A stretch of DNA of 64,000 bases from Turneriella sp. (GTDB taxonomy: Bacteria; Spirochaetota; Leptospiria; Turneriellales; Turneriellaceae). Below the pieces are notes generated by a model. The model worked only from the letters and a program-made list of their open reading frames with translations, did not search any database and was not told the origin of the DNA. The position numbers and the translations under genes are program-made. The stretch's first letter is position 1, and every line of letters starts with the position of its first letter. Positions 28,099 to 37,794 of this stretch are shown here, piece after piece. The stretch lies in contig CBDIID010000003.1 in the NCBI GenBank assembly GCA_965279515.1, positions 544,001-608,000 on the forward strand, given 5' to 3'.

Positions 28099-29787
28099 AT
28101 GACCAAACCCTCCCCCCGCGAATTTTCAACGCAGATCGTCGATGGTGTCGATCGCACACCCTCGCGCGCGATGCTGCGGGCTGTCGGTTTTACCGATGCC
28201 GACTTTACGCGCTCGGTCATCGGTGTCGCGAGTACCTGGTCGATGGTGACGCCGTGCAACATGCACATCAATCACCTCGCCGATGAAACCGAAAAGGGTA
28301 TCAACGCTGCAGGTGGCAAGGCAGTGCAGTTTAATACAATCACCGTCTCAGACGGCATCTCGATGGGCTCGGAAGGTATGAAATATTCGCTCGTCTCGCG
28401 CGAGGTCATCGCCGATTCGATCGAAACCGTCGTCGGCGCGCAGGGCTTTGACGGCTTTGTCGCCCTCGGCGGCTGCGACAAGAATATGCCGGGCTGCGTC
28501 ATCGCCATCGCCCGCCTCAACCGCCCGGCGGTCTTCGTCTATGGCGGCACGATCATGCCGGGCAAACATTCCGACGGGCGCGATCTCGATATTGTTTCCA
28601 TCTTTGAAGGAGTCGGTGCACATGCGAACCACCGCCTTTCCGATGCGGGCCTGAAAGAAATTGAAGAGCGGGCAATTCCCGGGCCGGGTTCATGCGGGGG
28701 GATGTACACTGCGAACACCATGGCCTCCGCGATTGAAGCCCTCGGCCTGAGTTTACCCAACAGCAGTGCACAGAATGCGATCTCGCAAGATAAAAAAGAT
28801 GATTGCCGCCGCGCCGGTGAAGCCGTTTTGAATATGCTGAAAAAGGGTATCCGCCCGTCAGATATCCTCACTAAAAAAGCCTTTGAGAACGCGATCACTC
28901 TCATCATCGCGCTCGGCGGCTCAACCAATGCAGTGCTGCACCTCATCGCCATGGCACACTCGGCGAATGTCAAAATCTCCCTCGCGGATTTCACGCGCTT
29001 GGGAAAAAAAGTTCCCGTGCTGGCAGACTTAAAGCCGAGCGGCAAATATCTCATGAGCCGCCTCATCGAAATCGGCGGCACGCTGCCGCTGATGAAGATG
29101 CTGTTCGACAAAGGCCTCATCCACGGCGATGCGTTGACGGTTACCGGCAAGACGGTCGCCGAAAATCTCAAAGACATAAAACCTTATCCCGCAAACCAGG
29201 ACATCGTCCGCACATTTGAAAATCCCATTAAAAAGGACAGTCACCTGGTGATCTGTTATGGCAGTCTTGCCCCCGGGGGGGCGGTCGCAAAAATTTCAGG
29301 CAAAGAAGGACTCTATTTCAAAGGCAGGGCGAAAGTTTTCAACCGCGAAGAAGACACGCTGCCGGCAATTCTCAGTGGTAAAATCAAAAAGGGTGACGTC
29401 ATAGTCATCCGCAATGAAGGCCCAAGAGGCGGCCCGGGTATGCGCGAGATGCTCTCACCCACTTCAGCCGTCATGGGTAAGGGACTTGGCAAAGATGTCG
29501 CGCTCATCACTGATGGCCGTTTTTCAGGCGGCACGCACGGTTTTGTCGTTGGCCATATCACACCCGAAGCCTTTGACGGCGGCCCGATCGCCCTCATCAA
29601 AAACGGCGATGAAATTGAAATCGACGCAAAAAAGATGCAGGTCAACCTGCTTGTCGATAAAAAAGAAATCGCGAAACGGAAAAAGGCGTGGAAGCAACCC
29701 AAAAGCAGATACACGCGCGGCGTGCTGGCCAAATACCGCAAGCTGGTATCGTCGGCCTCTGAAGGCGCGGTAACCGATGGCACATGA
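28099..29787 (+). CDS. ilvD: Dihydroxy-acid dehydratase
   Basis: [31 protein letters not shown] and [10 protein letters not shown]. Confidence 0.98.
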   Translation: MTKPSPREFSTQIVDGVDRTPSRAMLRAVGFTDADFTRSVIGVASTWSMVTPCNMHINHLADETEKGINAAGGKAVQFNTITVSDGISMGSEGMKYSLVSREVIADSIETVVGAQGFDGFVALGGCDKNMPGCVIAIARLNRPAVFVYGGTIMPGKHSDGRDLDIVSIFEGVGAHANHRLSDAGLKEIEERAIPGPGSCGGMYTANTMASAIEALGLSLPNSSAQNAISQDKKDDCRRAGEAVLNMLKKGIRPSDILTKKAFENAITLIIALGGSTNAVLHLIAMAHSANVKISLADFTRLGKKVPVLADLKPSGKYLMSRLIEIGGTLPLMKMLFDKGLIHGDALTVTGKTVAENLKDIKPYPANQDIVRTFENPIKKDSHLVICYGSLAPGGAVAKISGKEGLYFKGRAKVFNREEDTLPAILSGKIKKGDVIVIRNEGPRGGPGMREMLSPTSAVMGKGLGKDVALITDGRFSGGTHGFVVGHITPEAFDGGPIALIKNGDEIEIDAKKMQVNLLVDKKEIAKRKKAWKQPKSRYTRGVLAKYRKLVSSASEGAVTDGT

Positions 29788-29800
29788 GGGGCAAATACGC

Positions 29801-29828
29801 TTGACGATACGATGTGACATCGTATCGA
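29801..29828 (+). promoter_or_regulatory. vapBC promoter with an overlapping operator palindrome
   Basis: -35 TTGACG (29801-06); perfect inverted repeat CGATACGATG-TGA-CATCGTATCG (29805-27). Confidence 0.8.
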
Positions 29829-29834
29829 TTGCTC

Positions 29835-30056
29835 ATGAAAGTCACTGCCCTCATGGATGACCAGCTGATCGACGATGTCCGCACATTCTCGGGTGGTCGA
29901 AATATCACCGAATCGATGGTTATAGCACTGACAGACTGGCTCCGTATCCAGAAGATTAAAGAATTAAACCGTAAGCTCGATGCCGAGCCACTCCAGTTCC
30001 AAGATGGCTTCTCCGCTGAAAAAGTCCGCAAGCTGAACCGGCGAAACAGAACTTGA
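29835..30056 (+). CDS. vapB: Type II antitoxin, VapB/DUF2191-like ribbon-helix-helix
   Basis: 73 aa, MKVTALMDDQLIDDVRTFSGGRNITESMVIAL. TTGA overlap with the PIN gene. Confidence 0.85.
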   Translation: MKVTALMDDQLIDDVRTFSGGRNITESMVIALTDWLRIQKIKELNRKLDAEPLQFQDGFSAEKVRKLNRRNRT

Positions 30057-30445
30057 TCCTGGTCGACACCTCAGTCTGGATCGAATATCTAAGAAACCGA
30101 TCTCCTTATAAACAGATACTCCGGCATCATCTGGAAGTCGGCGATATCGCCACAACGGGAACGATCTTCGGTGAACTGTTGCAGGGCGCGAAAAACCAAA
30201 AAGAAGCCGACCGCCTCCTTGCTTTTTTCGATGCCCTTCCACAGATCGAAGCCGGAAACGATATTTGGATCGCGGCAGGCCTGATGTCGCGTTCTGCAAA
30301 AGCGGCTTCCCGTGGCGTCGGCCTTGTTGACATAGCGATCATCGCTGCCGCCCGCCGCGCCGGCGCCCGTATCTGGTCACACGACAAAGGACTGCTCTCA
30401 CTGCTAAAACACGAGGAAAAATTCCATGCAAAAACAAAACCGTAA
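30053..30445 (+). CDS. vapC: PIN-domain toxin VapC
   Basis: ILVDTSVWI, ELLQG, VDIAI and SHDK supply the acidic PIN residues. Confidence 0.92.
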   Translation: MILVDTSVWIEYLRNRSPYKQILRHHLEVGDIATTGTIFGELLQGAKNQKEADRLLAFFDALPQIEAGNDIWIAAGLMSRSAKAASRGVGLVDIAIIAAARRAGARIWSHDKGLLSLLKHEEKFHAKTKP

Positions 30446-31814
30446 TCTACTGCTTCTCGCGGCATTTCTGCTGCTGTCACTCTCAGGCACGGGTTCTTAT
30501 TATTTCTACCATAACTATTACCTGCCGCAAAAATTTGTAAAACTCACCGAAAAAATAAAGCAGGGTGTGATGGCGGGCATGGACGAGGAAAAACTCGCGA
30601 GCCAGGTCATCCACATCGCGATTCCGGGAACGGAACTCAACGATCAGAACCGCAAGATCATCAGCGAGCTGAAACCCGGCGGTATTATCTTCTTCGGCTT
30701 TAATCTCGAAAGCGCCGAACAGATCAAAAAATTCACTGGCGACCTGCAAAAGCTCGCGGCCGAGCTAAGGCTGCCGCCATTTCTCATTTCCACCGATCAG
30801 GAAGGTGGTTATGTAAAAAGGGTGCAGGATGGCGTATTGCAGACACCCCCCGCACGCAACCTGGGCGACAGCGGCGATAAGGAACTCTGCCGGGCGACCG
30901 GGTATCAGGTGAGCCGTGACCTCGGCAACCTTGGTATCAATGTGTTCTTCGCGCCGATCGTCGATGTGAATAATAATCCGAAAAACCCCGTGATTGGCCT
31001 GAGATCATTCGGCACTACGCTTCAGGCCGTGCTCGACTGCGCGCTGCCCTTTGAACAGGGTGCCCGCATGGCTTACCATGAAGGCGGGGCAATGCCGGTG
31101 ATTAAACATTTTCCCGGCCATGGCGATACCCATGTCGACAGCCACTGGGCGCTGCCGGTGATCGACAAGACGCTCGAAGAGCTGCGCACGCTGGAGCTCA
31201 TCCCCTTCCGCGACGCCATCGTTTCAGGTGCACCCGCCGTGATGACCGCGCACATTCTCTTCACGCAGATAGACAAAGATGTGCCGGCGACGCTTTCGAA
31301 AAAATGGCTGACAGATATTTTGCGCGGCGAACTGAAATTCACAGGGCTGGTATTCACCGACGCGATGGAGATGAGCGCAGTGGCAAAACACTATGCAGCG
31401 ATCAACAGGCCGGTAACGGCATTGACGGCCGGCGCAGATGTCTTGCTCTATACTTCATGGCAGGATGACCCGCCCGAGGCACGCAAACAGATTCTGGACG
31501 AACTCAAAACCGGCAGCTTTAAAGCACCGAATCCTGAAGCCGCACCCTCGCCGCTCGCACGCGCGGTGACAAACCAGGTTCAGGCAAAGTTGCCTTACCT
31601 CAAAATCGAACAATATCTAAGCGCCGAAGAGGGACGCTGGTATATTGAATACCGCAAGAAAATCCAGACGCCGAAAAACGCGGACAGAATCGTCTACGAT
31701 GCCGATGCGCTGAAAAAGAAATTTGCTGACATCCGCTGGTCGGCGAAGCAGAAACGCAACCAGCCGCAATGGCTCGCGGGAAAAAAGAATCACCCCGCAC
31801 CGGCCGGGAAGTAA
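30426..31814 (+). CDS. nagZ: GH3 beta-N-acetylhexosaminidase (NagZ-like), N-terminally anchored
   Basis: STDQEGG, KHFPGHGDTHVDSH and the nucleophile motif TDAMEM. Confidence 0.85.
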   Translation: MQKQNRNLLLLAAFLLLSLSGTGSYYFYHNYYLPQKFVKLTEKIKQGVMAGMDEEKLASQVIHIAIPGTELNDQNRKIISELKPGGIIFFGFNLESAEQIKKFTGDLQKLAAELRLPPFLISTDQEGGYVKRVQDGVLQTPPARNLGDSGDKELCRATGYQVSRDLGNLGINVFFAPIVDVNNNPKNPVIGLRSFGTTLQAVLDCALPFEQGARMAYHEGGAMPVIKHFPGHGDTHVDSHWALPVIDKTLEELRTLELIPFRDAIVSGAPAVMTAHILFTQIDKDVPATLSKKWLTDILRGELKFTGLVFTDAMEMSAVAKHYAAINRPVTALTAGADVLLYTSWQDDPPEARKQILDELKTGSFKAPNPEAAPSPLARAVTNQVQAKLPYLKIEQYLSAEEGRWYIEYRKKIQTPKNADRIVYDADALKKKFADIRWSAKQKRNQPQWLAGKKNHPAPAGK

Positions 31815-31881
31815 CCACGGCGGCGCGGCGAACACGGCGCTTCGCCTATTTCCCGCCGTGTCCTCCGTGATCGCCGTGGTT
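31813..31881. repeat. Palindromic AAC-(CACGGCG)x3 repeat element, copy 1
   Basis: Left arm AACCACGGCGGCGCGGCGAACACGGCG; right arm CGCCGTGTCCTCCGTGATCGCCGTGGTT. Confidence 0.85.
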
Positions 31882-31888
31882 TTTGTCC

Positions 31889-33781
31889 TTATTTATCCTG
31901 GCTTGAGGGTTTAAAGCGCACGAGTTCGTAGTTGCCGTACTTTTTATAATAGGCCTTTTTTTGCGCAAACGCCTTCTCGGTCAGCTGATTGTACAAACCC
32001 GCAACTTCAGGCAGTTTATCGGCAAGATTCTGCGTCTCAGCCGGGTCTGCGCCCAGATCAAATAGTTCCCGCGCCCCCGTCTCTTTGCGGATAAATTTGT
32101 ACCGGGCATCGACGATGCCTGAAAATTCTTCCTGCCAGTAGGCCTGCAGGTGCGCCACGGTTTCGGGGCCGCCCTGCAGCATTGAGCGGCCGACATGCAT
32201 CGGGCTCGTGAGGCGCTTCAGGTCTAAAAGATCGAGCACAGTCGGCAGCACGTCGACATGGCTTGTGACACGGCCAACTTCACCAGGCTTAATACCATCA
32301 TACCAGACAAAAAGCGGTACATGGATATTCTCTTCATAGATAAAGAAGGGATGGTTGTAATTGCCGCGGTGCTCATAAAATGCCTCACCGTGATCGCCAA
32401 AAGCGATGAGGATGGTATCCTTCATGAGGCCCTTTTTTTCGAGTTCGGCAATCAGCGTGCCGAACGCATCGTCAGCGAAATGGATGGAGTTAAAAAAATT
32501 GCGCTGCTGCTTTTTGAATCCGGCATCTTCGCCCAGAAGTTCGGGATAGTCTTCAGGCATATCATAGGGATGGTGCGGCGCGAAGGCGAAAAGCTCGGCG
32601 AGAAAGGGTTGCGCCGCATCGGCCGCGACAAAATCGCCGAGGGGCTTAATGAGCGCACGCTCATCTGCGGCCCCCCACGGTCCCATGCCTTTTGCATAAG
32701 GCGGCTTCTTCACGGTTTCTGCATCCATCAGCAGGTCAAAATCACGCTTCTGCATGAAGCGCTTCTGTTTCGCATAGCCGAGATAACCGGCGTGCAGGCC
32801 CACAGTGCGGTAGCCTTGCTTCTTCAAAAGCTGCGAAAGGCAGGGAACGGGAAAATCAGGCAGGGCGAGGGAAATCCACGCGCCGTCAGGCAAGGCATAG
32901 GCGCTGCAGTGCACATTGTAGAAGGCATTGATGCTCAACGGCACATTGGCGTAGTGCCGTTTGAAAAACAGCGATTTTTCTTTGAGCTTATTGAGGTTGG
33001 GTGTGAGTTCCTTGCCTTGGATTTTTTTGCCGATCACAGAATACGGTGTCGATTCGAGAAAGTAGAGGATGATATTCTTCTTTTTGCCGCGCGGTAATGC
33101 TACGGGAGAAACATAGCCGCCGCCCGGTGCATCGAGTTCGGGAATCACATCGTCGCCACTGACTGCGACCGAACTTATGGCCGCCTTCGCCTTGCCGCCG
33201 AACGAAGCGCTGAGCGGATTAGAGATGAGTCCAGGCGGCCGCGGCTGAAGCACGATCGAGAGAATAATTCCCGCAAGTGCCGCGCTGCCTTGGACAAGAA
33301 CCTGCCGGCGCGGCTGCCTGATGCCGCGGCGCGCGATCAGGAAAAACAGAACAACCAGAACCCCCAAAAGCGCAAGGTGTGGCAGGCCGATTTCATAGAG
33401 ACCCGAGACGAAATTCTCGCGCCAGATCGAGAGCGAGTCGGTGCGAATAAATGCCCAGGTAAAAGGCCGCTCATACAGTTTTGCAAAACCGAAAGCGACA
33501 AAAAGGAAAAGGCTGACGAAGAGGAAAATCCCACCTAAAACCCATTTTCTGAATTTTGTCTGCAGTACCCCGCTCTGCAGCGACGCAAAGAAAACGGCCC
33601 ATGCAGCACCCCCCAGCAAGTTGGCCGCAAGATCACGCCAGGACGGCGTCGCGGCGCCTGGGCCGAGAAAAACGAGTATGAAAGCATGGTAGGCGATAAA
33701 AGGAGAAAACCAAAGCAGGTATATCACGGTTTCGCAGGGCGGGAAATCCTCATACAGCGGCAATTTCAAACCGATAGTCAA
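31889..33781 (-). CDS. LTA synthase / sulfatase-fold membrane protein
   Basis: About five TM helices plus ILYFLES, HHPY, FGDHGE and SHVDVLPT. Start uncertain, possibly a downstream GTG. Confidence 0.85.
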   Translation of the reverse strand: MTIGLKLPLYEDFPPCETVIYLLWFSPFIAYHAFILVFLGPGAATPSWRDLAANLLGGAAWAVFFASLQSGVLQTKFRKWVLGGIFLFVSLFLFVAFGFAKLYERPFTWAFIRTDSLSIWRENFVSGLYEIGLPHLALLGVLVVLFFLIARRGIRQPRRQVLVQGSAALAGIILSIVLQPRPPGLISNPLSASFGGKAKAAISSVAVSGDDVIPELDAPGGGYVSPVALPRGKKKNIILYFLESTPYSVIGKKIQGKELTPNLNKLKEKSLFFKRHYANVPLSINAFYNVHCSAYALPDGAWISLALPDFPVPCLSQLLKKQGYRTVGLHAGYLGYAKQKRFMQKRDFDLLMDAETVKKPPYAKGMGPWGAADERALIKPLGDFVAADAAQPFLAELFAFAPHHPYDMPEDYPELLGEDAGFKKQQRNFFNSIHFADDAFGTLIAELEKKGLMKDTILIAFGDHGEAFYEHRGNYNHPFFIYEENIHVPLFVWYDGIKPGEVGRVTSHVDVLPTVLDLLDLKRLTSPMHVGRSMLQGGPETVAHLQAYWQEEFSGIVDARYKFIRKETGARELFDLGADPAETQNLADKLPEVAGLYNQLTEKAFAQKKAYYKKYGNYELVRFKPSSQDK

Positions 33782-33783
33782 GT

Positions 33784-34473
33784 ATGCGCTATAAATGGGC
33801 CAATGTGAAAAACCCTGCCTGGGATTACCCCGAGGTCTATACCACGATGACCATCCACTATGACCAGGTCAAGGTCGAGGCCAACCGCGCCGCGGGCCAG
33901 GTGCGCCTCGAGATCAAGACGCTGCGGGGTGAACACTATGAGAGTATCATCAAACAGGGTGTGGTTTTACGCGAAAAGGACCTGAGGACGGGTGCACTCA
34001 CTGATCTCACCGATATGATCAGCATCTACCGCAAAGATTTCAGTTCACTGCCGGATACCCCGCTTTTGGAACTCATCGGCGGCAACTATGGTATTCTCAC
34101 CGAGTTCCTGGGAACCGCAGAGCGCATTGTCGTTAAAGAAGGCAGTGTCGCGACGAGATTCTGGAAATCAATCAAAGGCCTGCCCACAGCAATACGGCAT
34201 TTTTTCGGCAATCTCTGGCGCAACTTCCGTTATTACAGCGCATCGGCGCGCCCCGCCGATTTTGTCGATATGGCGCTCATCGGTGCCGCGACGTACACTG
34301 CCTTTACTTATAATTTTGATTACCTGAGCGCAGGCTTCACGCTCTGCATTATGGCGGCGTTAACGGGCCTGGTCGACTGGCTGATCCGCAAACGCGAACC
34401 GTGGCTGATGAAGATCTATGCCGCCGTCGCGCTGGGGTCGGTAGCCGTCTACCGCGGCTATTTTTTCCAGTAA
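33784..34473 (+). CDS. Hypothetical protein with C-terminal TM segments
   Basis: 229-aa ORF filling the gap between neighbours. Start may be ATG 33847. Confidence 0.65.
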   Translation: MRYKWANVKNPAWDYPEVYTTMTIHYDQVKVEANRAAGQVRLEIKTLRGEHYESIIKQGVVLREKDLRTGALTDLTDMISIYRKDFSSLPDTPLLELIGGNYGILTEFLGTAERIVVKEGSVATRFWKSIKGLPTAIRHFFGNLWRNFRYYSASARPADFVDMALIGAATYTAFTYNFDYLSAGFTLCIMAALTGLVDWLIRKREPWLMKIYAAVALGSVAVYRGYFFQ

Positions 34474-34476
34474 AAC

Positions 34477-34737
34477 CTAGCGCCGCCGCGCGTAGTAGAG
34501 TTTCAGAATAAAAATAATCACCACCAGGGTGAAGGTTACGGCGTTCGCCGCCACGATCGGCACGCCACCGATTAAGATTCCGTAAATCAGCCACAGCATC
34601 GTGCCGCTGGCCAAGAGCAGCATCATCCACGCCGAAATGTCGCGCCCCGATTTGGTTTTGTAAACGCGGATGACTTGCGGCACAAAAGACAGCGTCGTGA
34701 TCGTGCCGGCGATGAAACCGACCTGTTCGGCGGTCAT
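34477..34737 (-). CDS. SemiSWEET (PQ-loop) sugar transporter
   Basis: 86 aa, GFIAGTITTLSFVPQV..KSGRDIS..LWLIYG..AAN. ATGA overlap with the HNH gene. Confidence 0.92.
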   Translation of the reverse strand: MTAEQVGFIAGTITTLSFVPQVIRVYKTKSGRDISAWMMLLLASGTMLWLIYGILIGGVPIVAANAVTFTLVVIIFILKLYYARRR

Positions 34738-35117
34738 CGCGCCCGCCTGCCCGTCACCGAAACTTCCCAGCAGGCGGGGTTGATACAGCTTTTTCCACTG
34801 CAAATGTTGCGCAGCCGCTCTTTCGGCGAAAGTTTTCTGACATAGATTTCATAGGCAAAACGGTGCGCCTTGACGACCTTAAAATCATTCAGCCAGAACT
34901 GGCCATAGCCGTCGCTGGTGCGCGATCCCTTCCAGCCCCAGCACTTGCGGTTGCGTTTGTCGAGATAGTCTTCGAAGCGCCGGCGTACGGGAGCCGCGAC
35001 TTTCAGTTTTCCGGTTTTTTTGGCTTTTTTCTTCGCGGGCTTTTTAATGACGACTGCCGAATCCGGTGCGCTGGCTGGTGTCGTCTGCGTTGCTTTTTTT
35101 CCGGGCCAAAAGCGCAT
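34734..35117 (-). CDS. HNH homing-endonuclease-like protein with a degenerate active site
   Basis: CWGWKG..DGYG..AHRFAY..RNICSGKSCINPAC; Lys-rich N-terminus. Confidence 0.75.
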   Translation of the reverse strand: MRFWPGKKATQTTPASAPDSAVVIKKPAKKKAKKTGKLKVAAPVRRRFEDYLDKRNRKCWGWKGSRTSDGYGQFWLNDFKVVKAHRFAYEIYVRKLSPKERLRNICSGKSCINPACWEVSVTGRRAR

Positions 35118-35156
35118 CCGGTAAAAACCGTCAGTTTAAACATAGCGAAAAGAAAA

Positions 35157-35227
35157 AACCACCGCGGGCACGAAAAGAATCGAAGAATCGGAAATCTTAA
35201 CGCCGTGTTCGCCGTACCGCCGTGGTT
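35157..35227. repeat. Palindromic AAC-(CACGGCG)x3 repeat element, copy 2 (one arm decayed)
   Basis: The reverse complement of 35201-27, AACCACGGCGGTACGGCGAACACGGCG, is 25/27 identical to the left arm of copy 1. Confidence 0.8.
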
Positions 35228-35232
35228 CTTTT

Positions 35233-36801
35233 TTAAACTTGCAGGACTTTTTTCGCCGCTTCAATGCCCTGATACTGCGCCTCTTCGAAATTGCTCATCC
35301 CCGAAAGATCGCTGTGGGCGCCGAAAAAATTCCGGTCGATGCCGGTGAGAATTTGGCGCGCGTCTCCAGTGATAAACCCAGGTTGCGGGCGAATCATCGC
35401 ATGCGCCCAGCGGTAGATACCGACCTCTTCGATATGATCGCCAATTGCCGGGTGCGGCCGCCGCAGTTCACTCACGGCAAAATCATAGATCTCCGTTTCT
35501 GACATCGCAAGAAGTTTTCGCCGGCTGGTGAGCGTATCGTCACCGTCAAAGGCATGGAAGAATGTCAACGTACGCGCATGGGGCAGCTTACCCGCTTTCT
35601 GGTGCTCGGCCACGACATAACCCAGCGAGTGCGAGCCAAACGTGACATTATCCCATGCCGGTTCGAGGGCGCCAAAATGGTTCACGAGTAAATTGACCGT
35701 CAGCCAGGGCGAATACAGGAATGCCTTCGCGGCAGCAGCTTTTTCCGCAGCGAGCGCCGGGTAGACATAGGGTAGGATAAACTTCGGTGCTGCGAAAATA
35801 ATTTTGTTGGCAGTAATTTTCCGCACGCTGTTCTGTGCATGATCTTGAAAAGAAAGGCTATAGCCCTTGGCTTCTTTATCAATCCGCCTTAGGCTATGCG
35901 CCGGATGTATTTTGGGGCCCAGCTTGCTCCGCAAATATTCGGCGATAAAACCATTCCCTTCGGGCCAGACAAGGTTGTGCGATTCGGAACGCGCTGCAAA
36001 GTAATGCAACAGTGCCCAGGCGCTGGTATTCTGGCGGTTTGAGCCGTATTCATCGCGCAGGATATAGTCGACATACCACAGGAGCCGCGTCGAGGTAAAG
36101 CCCTGCTCTTTTAAGAATGTAGCTGCCGTGATGCGGTCATAGGCAAGAAGTTTCGGATCCCGCGAACATTTGGCGATCGGAATGGTAAAGGCGGTTGCAC
36201 CGTCATTGCCCCGCCTGCGACGGAATGATTGCATCAGTGCGGAAAATTTTTCGATTTCGCGGCGGTCATTTTCGCGGGCCCCCATTAAGGGAATGAGGCC
36301 TTGCTGCCATTGGCCGTAGATAAAGAGGCGCTCTTCGGGCTCATGCACCAGAAACTCATGTCCGAATTTACCATCTTTAAGTATGCCCATTTCGGCAAGC
36401 AGCTCACGTACATAGTTAGCGTCCGGCCCGGGTGTCGGCAAATAGTGCGCCCCCCAGGGATAGCGGCCGAGGCGGTTTTCACCCCAGGCTGAATTACCGC
36501 CGGCGCGGTCTTCGAGTTCAAAGAGCGCAAAATCAGAGAGGCCTTGTTTCTGCAGATACCAGCCCGCCGACATACCGCTGATGCCGCCGCCCACGATTGC
36601 CACCTCAACCTTTTGACCGGCAGCGCCTTCCGCAGCGGCAAAAGGTGTGCGCAGTGCATGGCCGCGCAACAGGGCGGGACCCACAAAGTTTACGGGTGGT
36701 GTTTTTTTACGCAGCCTGAACCACAATGCTCCCGAGAAGATGGCAAAGATTCCAGCCAGCGCGGCCAGAAATCCGCGGCGGCTGATATCGTGTTCTTTCA
36801 C
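35233..36801 (-). CDS. Tat-signal FAD-dependent oxidoreductase (amine oxidase-like)
   Basis: SRRGFL twin-arginine motif; GGGISG, GGNS, WGAHY, WAHAM and HSDLSG..FEEA. Confidence 0.85.
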   Translation of the reverse strand: MKEHDISRRGFLAALAGIFAIFSGALWFRLRKKTPPVNFVGPALLRGHALRTPFAAAEGAAGQKVEVAIVGGGISGMSAGWYLQKQGLSDFALFELEDRAGGNSAWGENRLGRYPWGAHYLPTPGPDANYVRELLAEMGILKDGKFGHEFLVHEPEERLFIYGQWQQGLIPLMGARENDRREIEKFSALMQSFRRRRGNDGATAFTIPIAKCSRDPKLLAYDRITAATFLKEQGFTSTRLLWYVDYILRDEYGSNRQNTSAWALLHYFAARSESHNLVWPEGNGFIAEYLRSKLGPKIHPAHSLRRIDKEAKGYSLSFQDHAQNSVRKITANKIIFAAPKFILPYVYPALAAEKAAAAKAFLYSPWLTVNLLVNHFGALEPAWDNVTFGSHSLGYVVAEHQKAGKLPHARTLTFFHAFDGDDTLTSRRKLLAMSETEIYDFAVSELRRPHPAIGDHIEEVGIYRWAHAMIRPQPGFITGDARQILTGIDRNFFGAHSDLSGMSNFEEAQYQGIEAAKKVLQV

Positions 36802-37640
36802 ATGCCCCAGTCGCGCGGCGTGCGGAACTCGCGGCCGATTGTGACGGGCGAAATTTTTGCAATGACGGGCATCACGCGCTTATACGCGTTGCGCTCGACG
36901 CGCTTTAAGACTTTATCGACAACAGCCTCATCGGCGCCCTGCGCGCGCACCAATTCTTTCAGGGCAGAAACCGTGTAATTGCGCTCAAGCCAGTAGAACA
37001 GGATTACATCCGCCAGCGCATAGCTGAAGCCCATCTCGCCTTCGTCGGTCTGCCCCGACCATAGGTCGGCGCTGGGGGCCTTGTCGAGAATTTCTGCAAT
37101 CACACCGAGCTCGCGCGAGAGCACAAAGACCTGGTACTTGTAGAGATCGCCCAGGGGATTTACGGCCGAAGCCATATCGCCCCAGAGTGTCGAATAGCCT
37201 AAGAGGATTTCAGTTTTGTTGCTCGTACCGATGACGAGCGCGCCGTCACGCGCCGAGAGATCATACAGCACAATCATTCTCAGGCGGGCCATGACATTGC
37301 CGCGTCGTGTGGAAGACATTTCGGCCTCACGCGCAAAGTACGCATCGGCCATGGCCGTGATCTCGACGGTTTCATAGGCAACGGAAAATTTCTCGCAAAG
37401 TTTCACTGCATCGCCCAACGAATCGGGATTGCTCGATTTGTAGGGCATCAAAACCGCGCGCACATTCTCGGCGCCGAGAGCTTTGACGGCAATAGCCAGT
37501 GACAAGGCGGAGTCAACGCCCCCCGAGACACCGAGTACGGCTTTTTTCAGACCGGTTTTTAAGACCTCGGCGCGAACGATTTCAGCGAGGGCGGCAGCGA
37601 TAAAGGCGGCGTTGAAGCCGGGCAAAAGGGAGTTAGACAT
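36798..37640 (-). CDS. nadE: NH3-dependent NAD+ synthetase
   Basis: SGGVDS, GNVMARLRM, GTSNKTE and APSADLW. No glutaminase domain. Confidence 0.95.
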   Translation of the reverse strand: MSNSLLPGFNAAFIAAALAEIVRAEVLKTGLKKAVLGVSGGVDSALSLAIAVKALGAENVRAVLMPYKSSNPDSLGDAVKLCEKFSVAYETVEITAMADAYFAREAEMSSTRRGNVMARLRMIVLYDLSARDGALVIGTSNKTEILLGYSTLWGDMASAVNPLGDLYKYQVFVLSRELGVIAEILDKAPSADLWSGQTDEGEMGFSYALADVILFYWLERNYTVSALKELVRAQGADEAVVDKVLKRVERNAYKRVMPVIAKISPVTIGREFRTPRDWGM

Positions 37641-37794
37641 GGCAGTCGCACAGAACCAAATCCGCAAAAGGGGGCGTAAATCTGAAATTCAGCCCGGGCT
37701 ACGTGGTCGCCAGGCCGTCGGTCGTTTACGCTCGGTTGCCGGCCGCCCGCCTCGACTTTTCTTGGCGCGCTGTCTCTGTCTCCAAAAACCCCGC

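Noticed and set aside
32258..33097. Long antisense ORFs (for example 279 aa here, 238 aa at 1720 and 230 aa at 58223)
   Set aside because: They have no recognisable motifs and lie opposite well-supported genes, as expected from codon bias in GC-rich DNA.
34734..35117. Prophage or intron indicated by the HNH gene
   Set aside because: There are no phage genes, no integrase and no interrupted host gene nearby.
31813..35227. CRISPR array or integron attC sites
   Set aside because: There are only two dispersed copies, no regular spacers, no cas or integrase gene, and no RYYYAAC/GTTRRRY cassette geometry.
37483..37794. Long N-terminal extensions in the ORF track (MFS, pgk, leuD, ilvD, VOC, LysR)
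   Set aside because: They overlap neighbouring genes or promoters, and family homology begins at the downstream starts I used.
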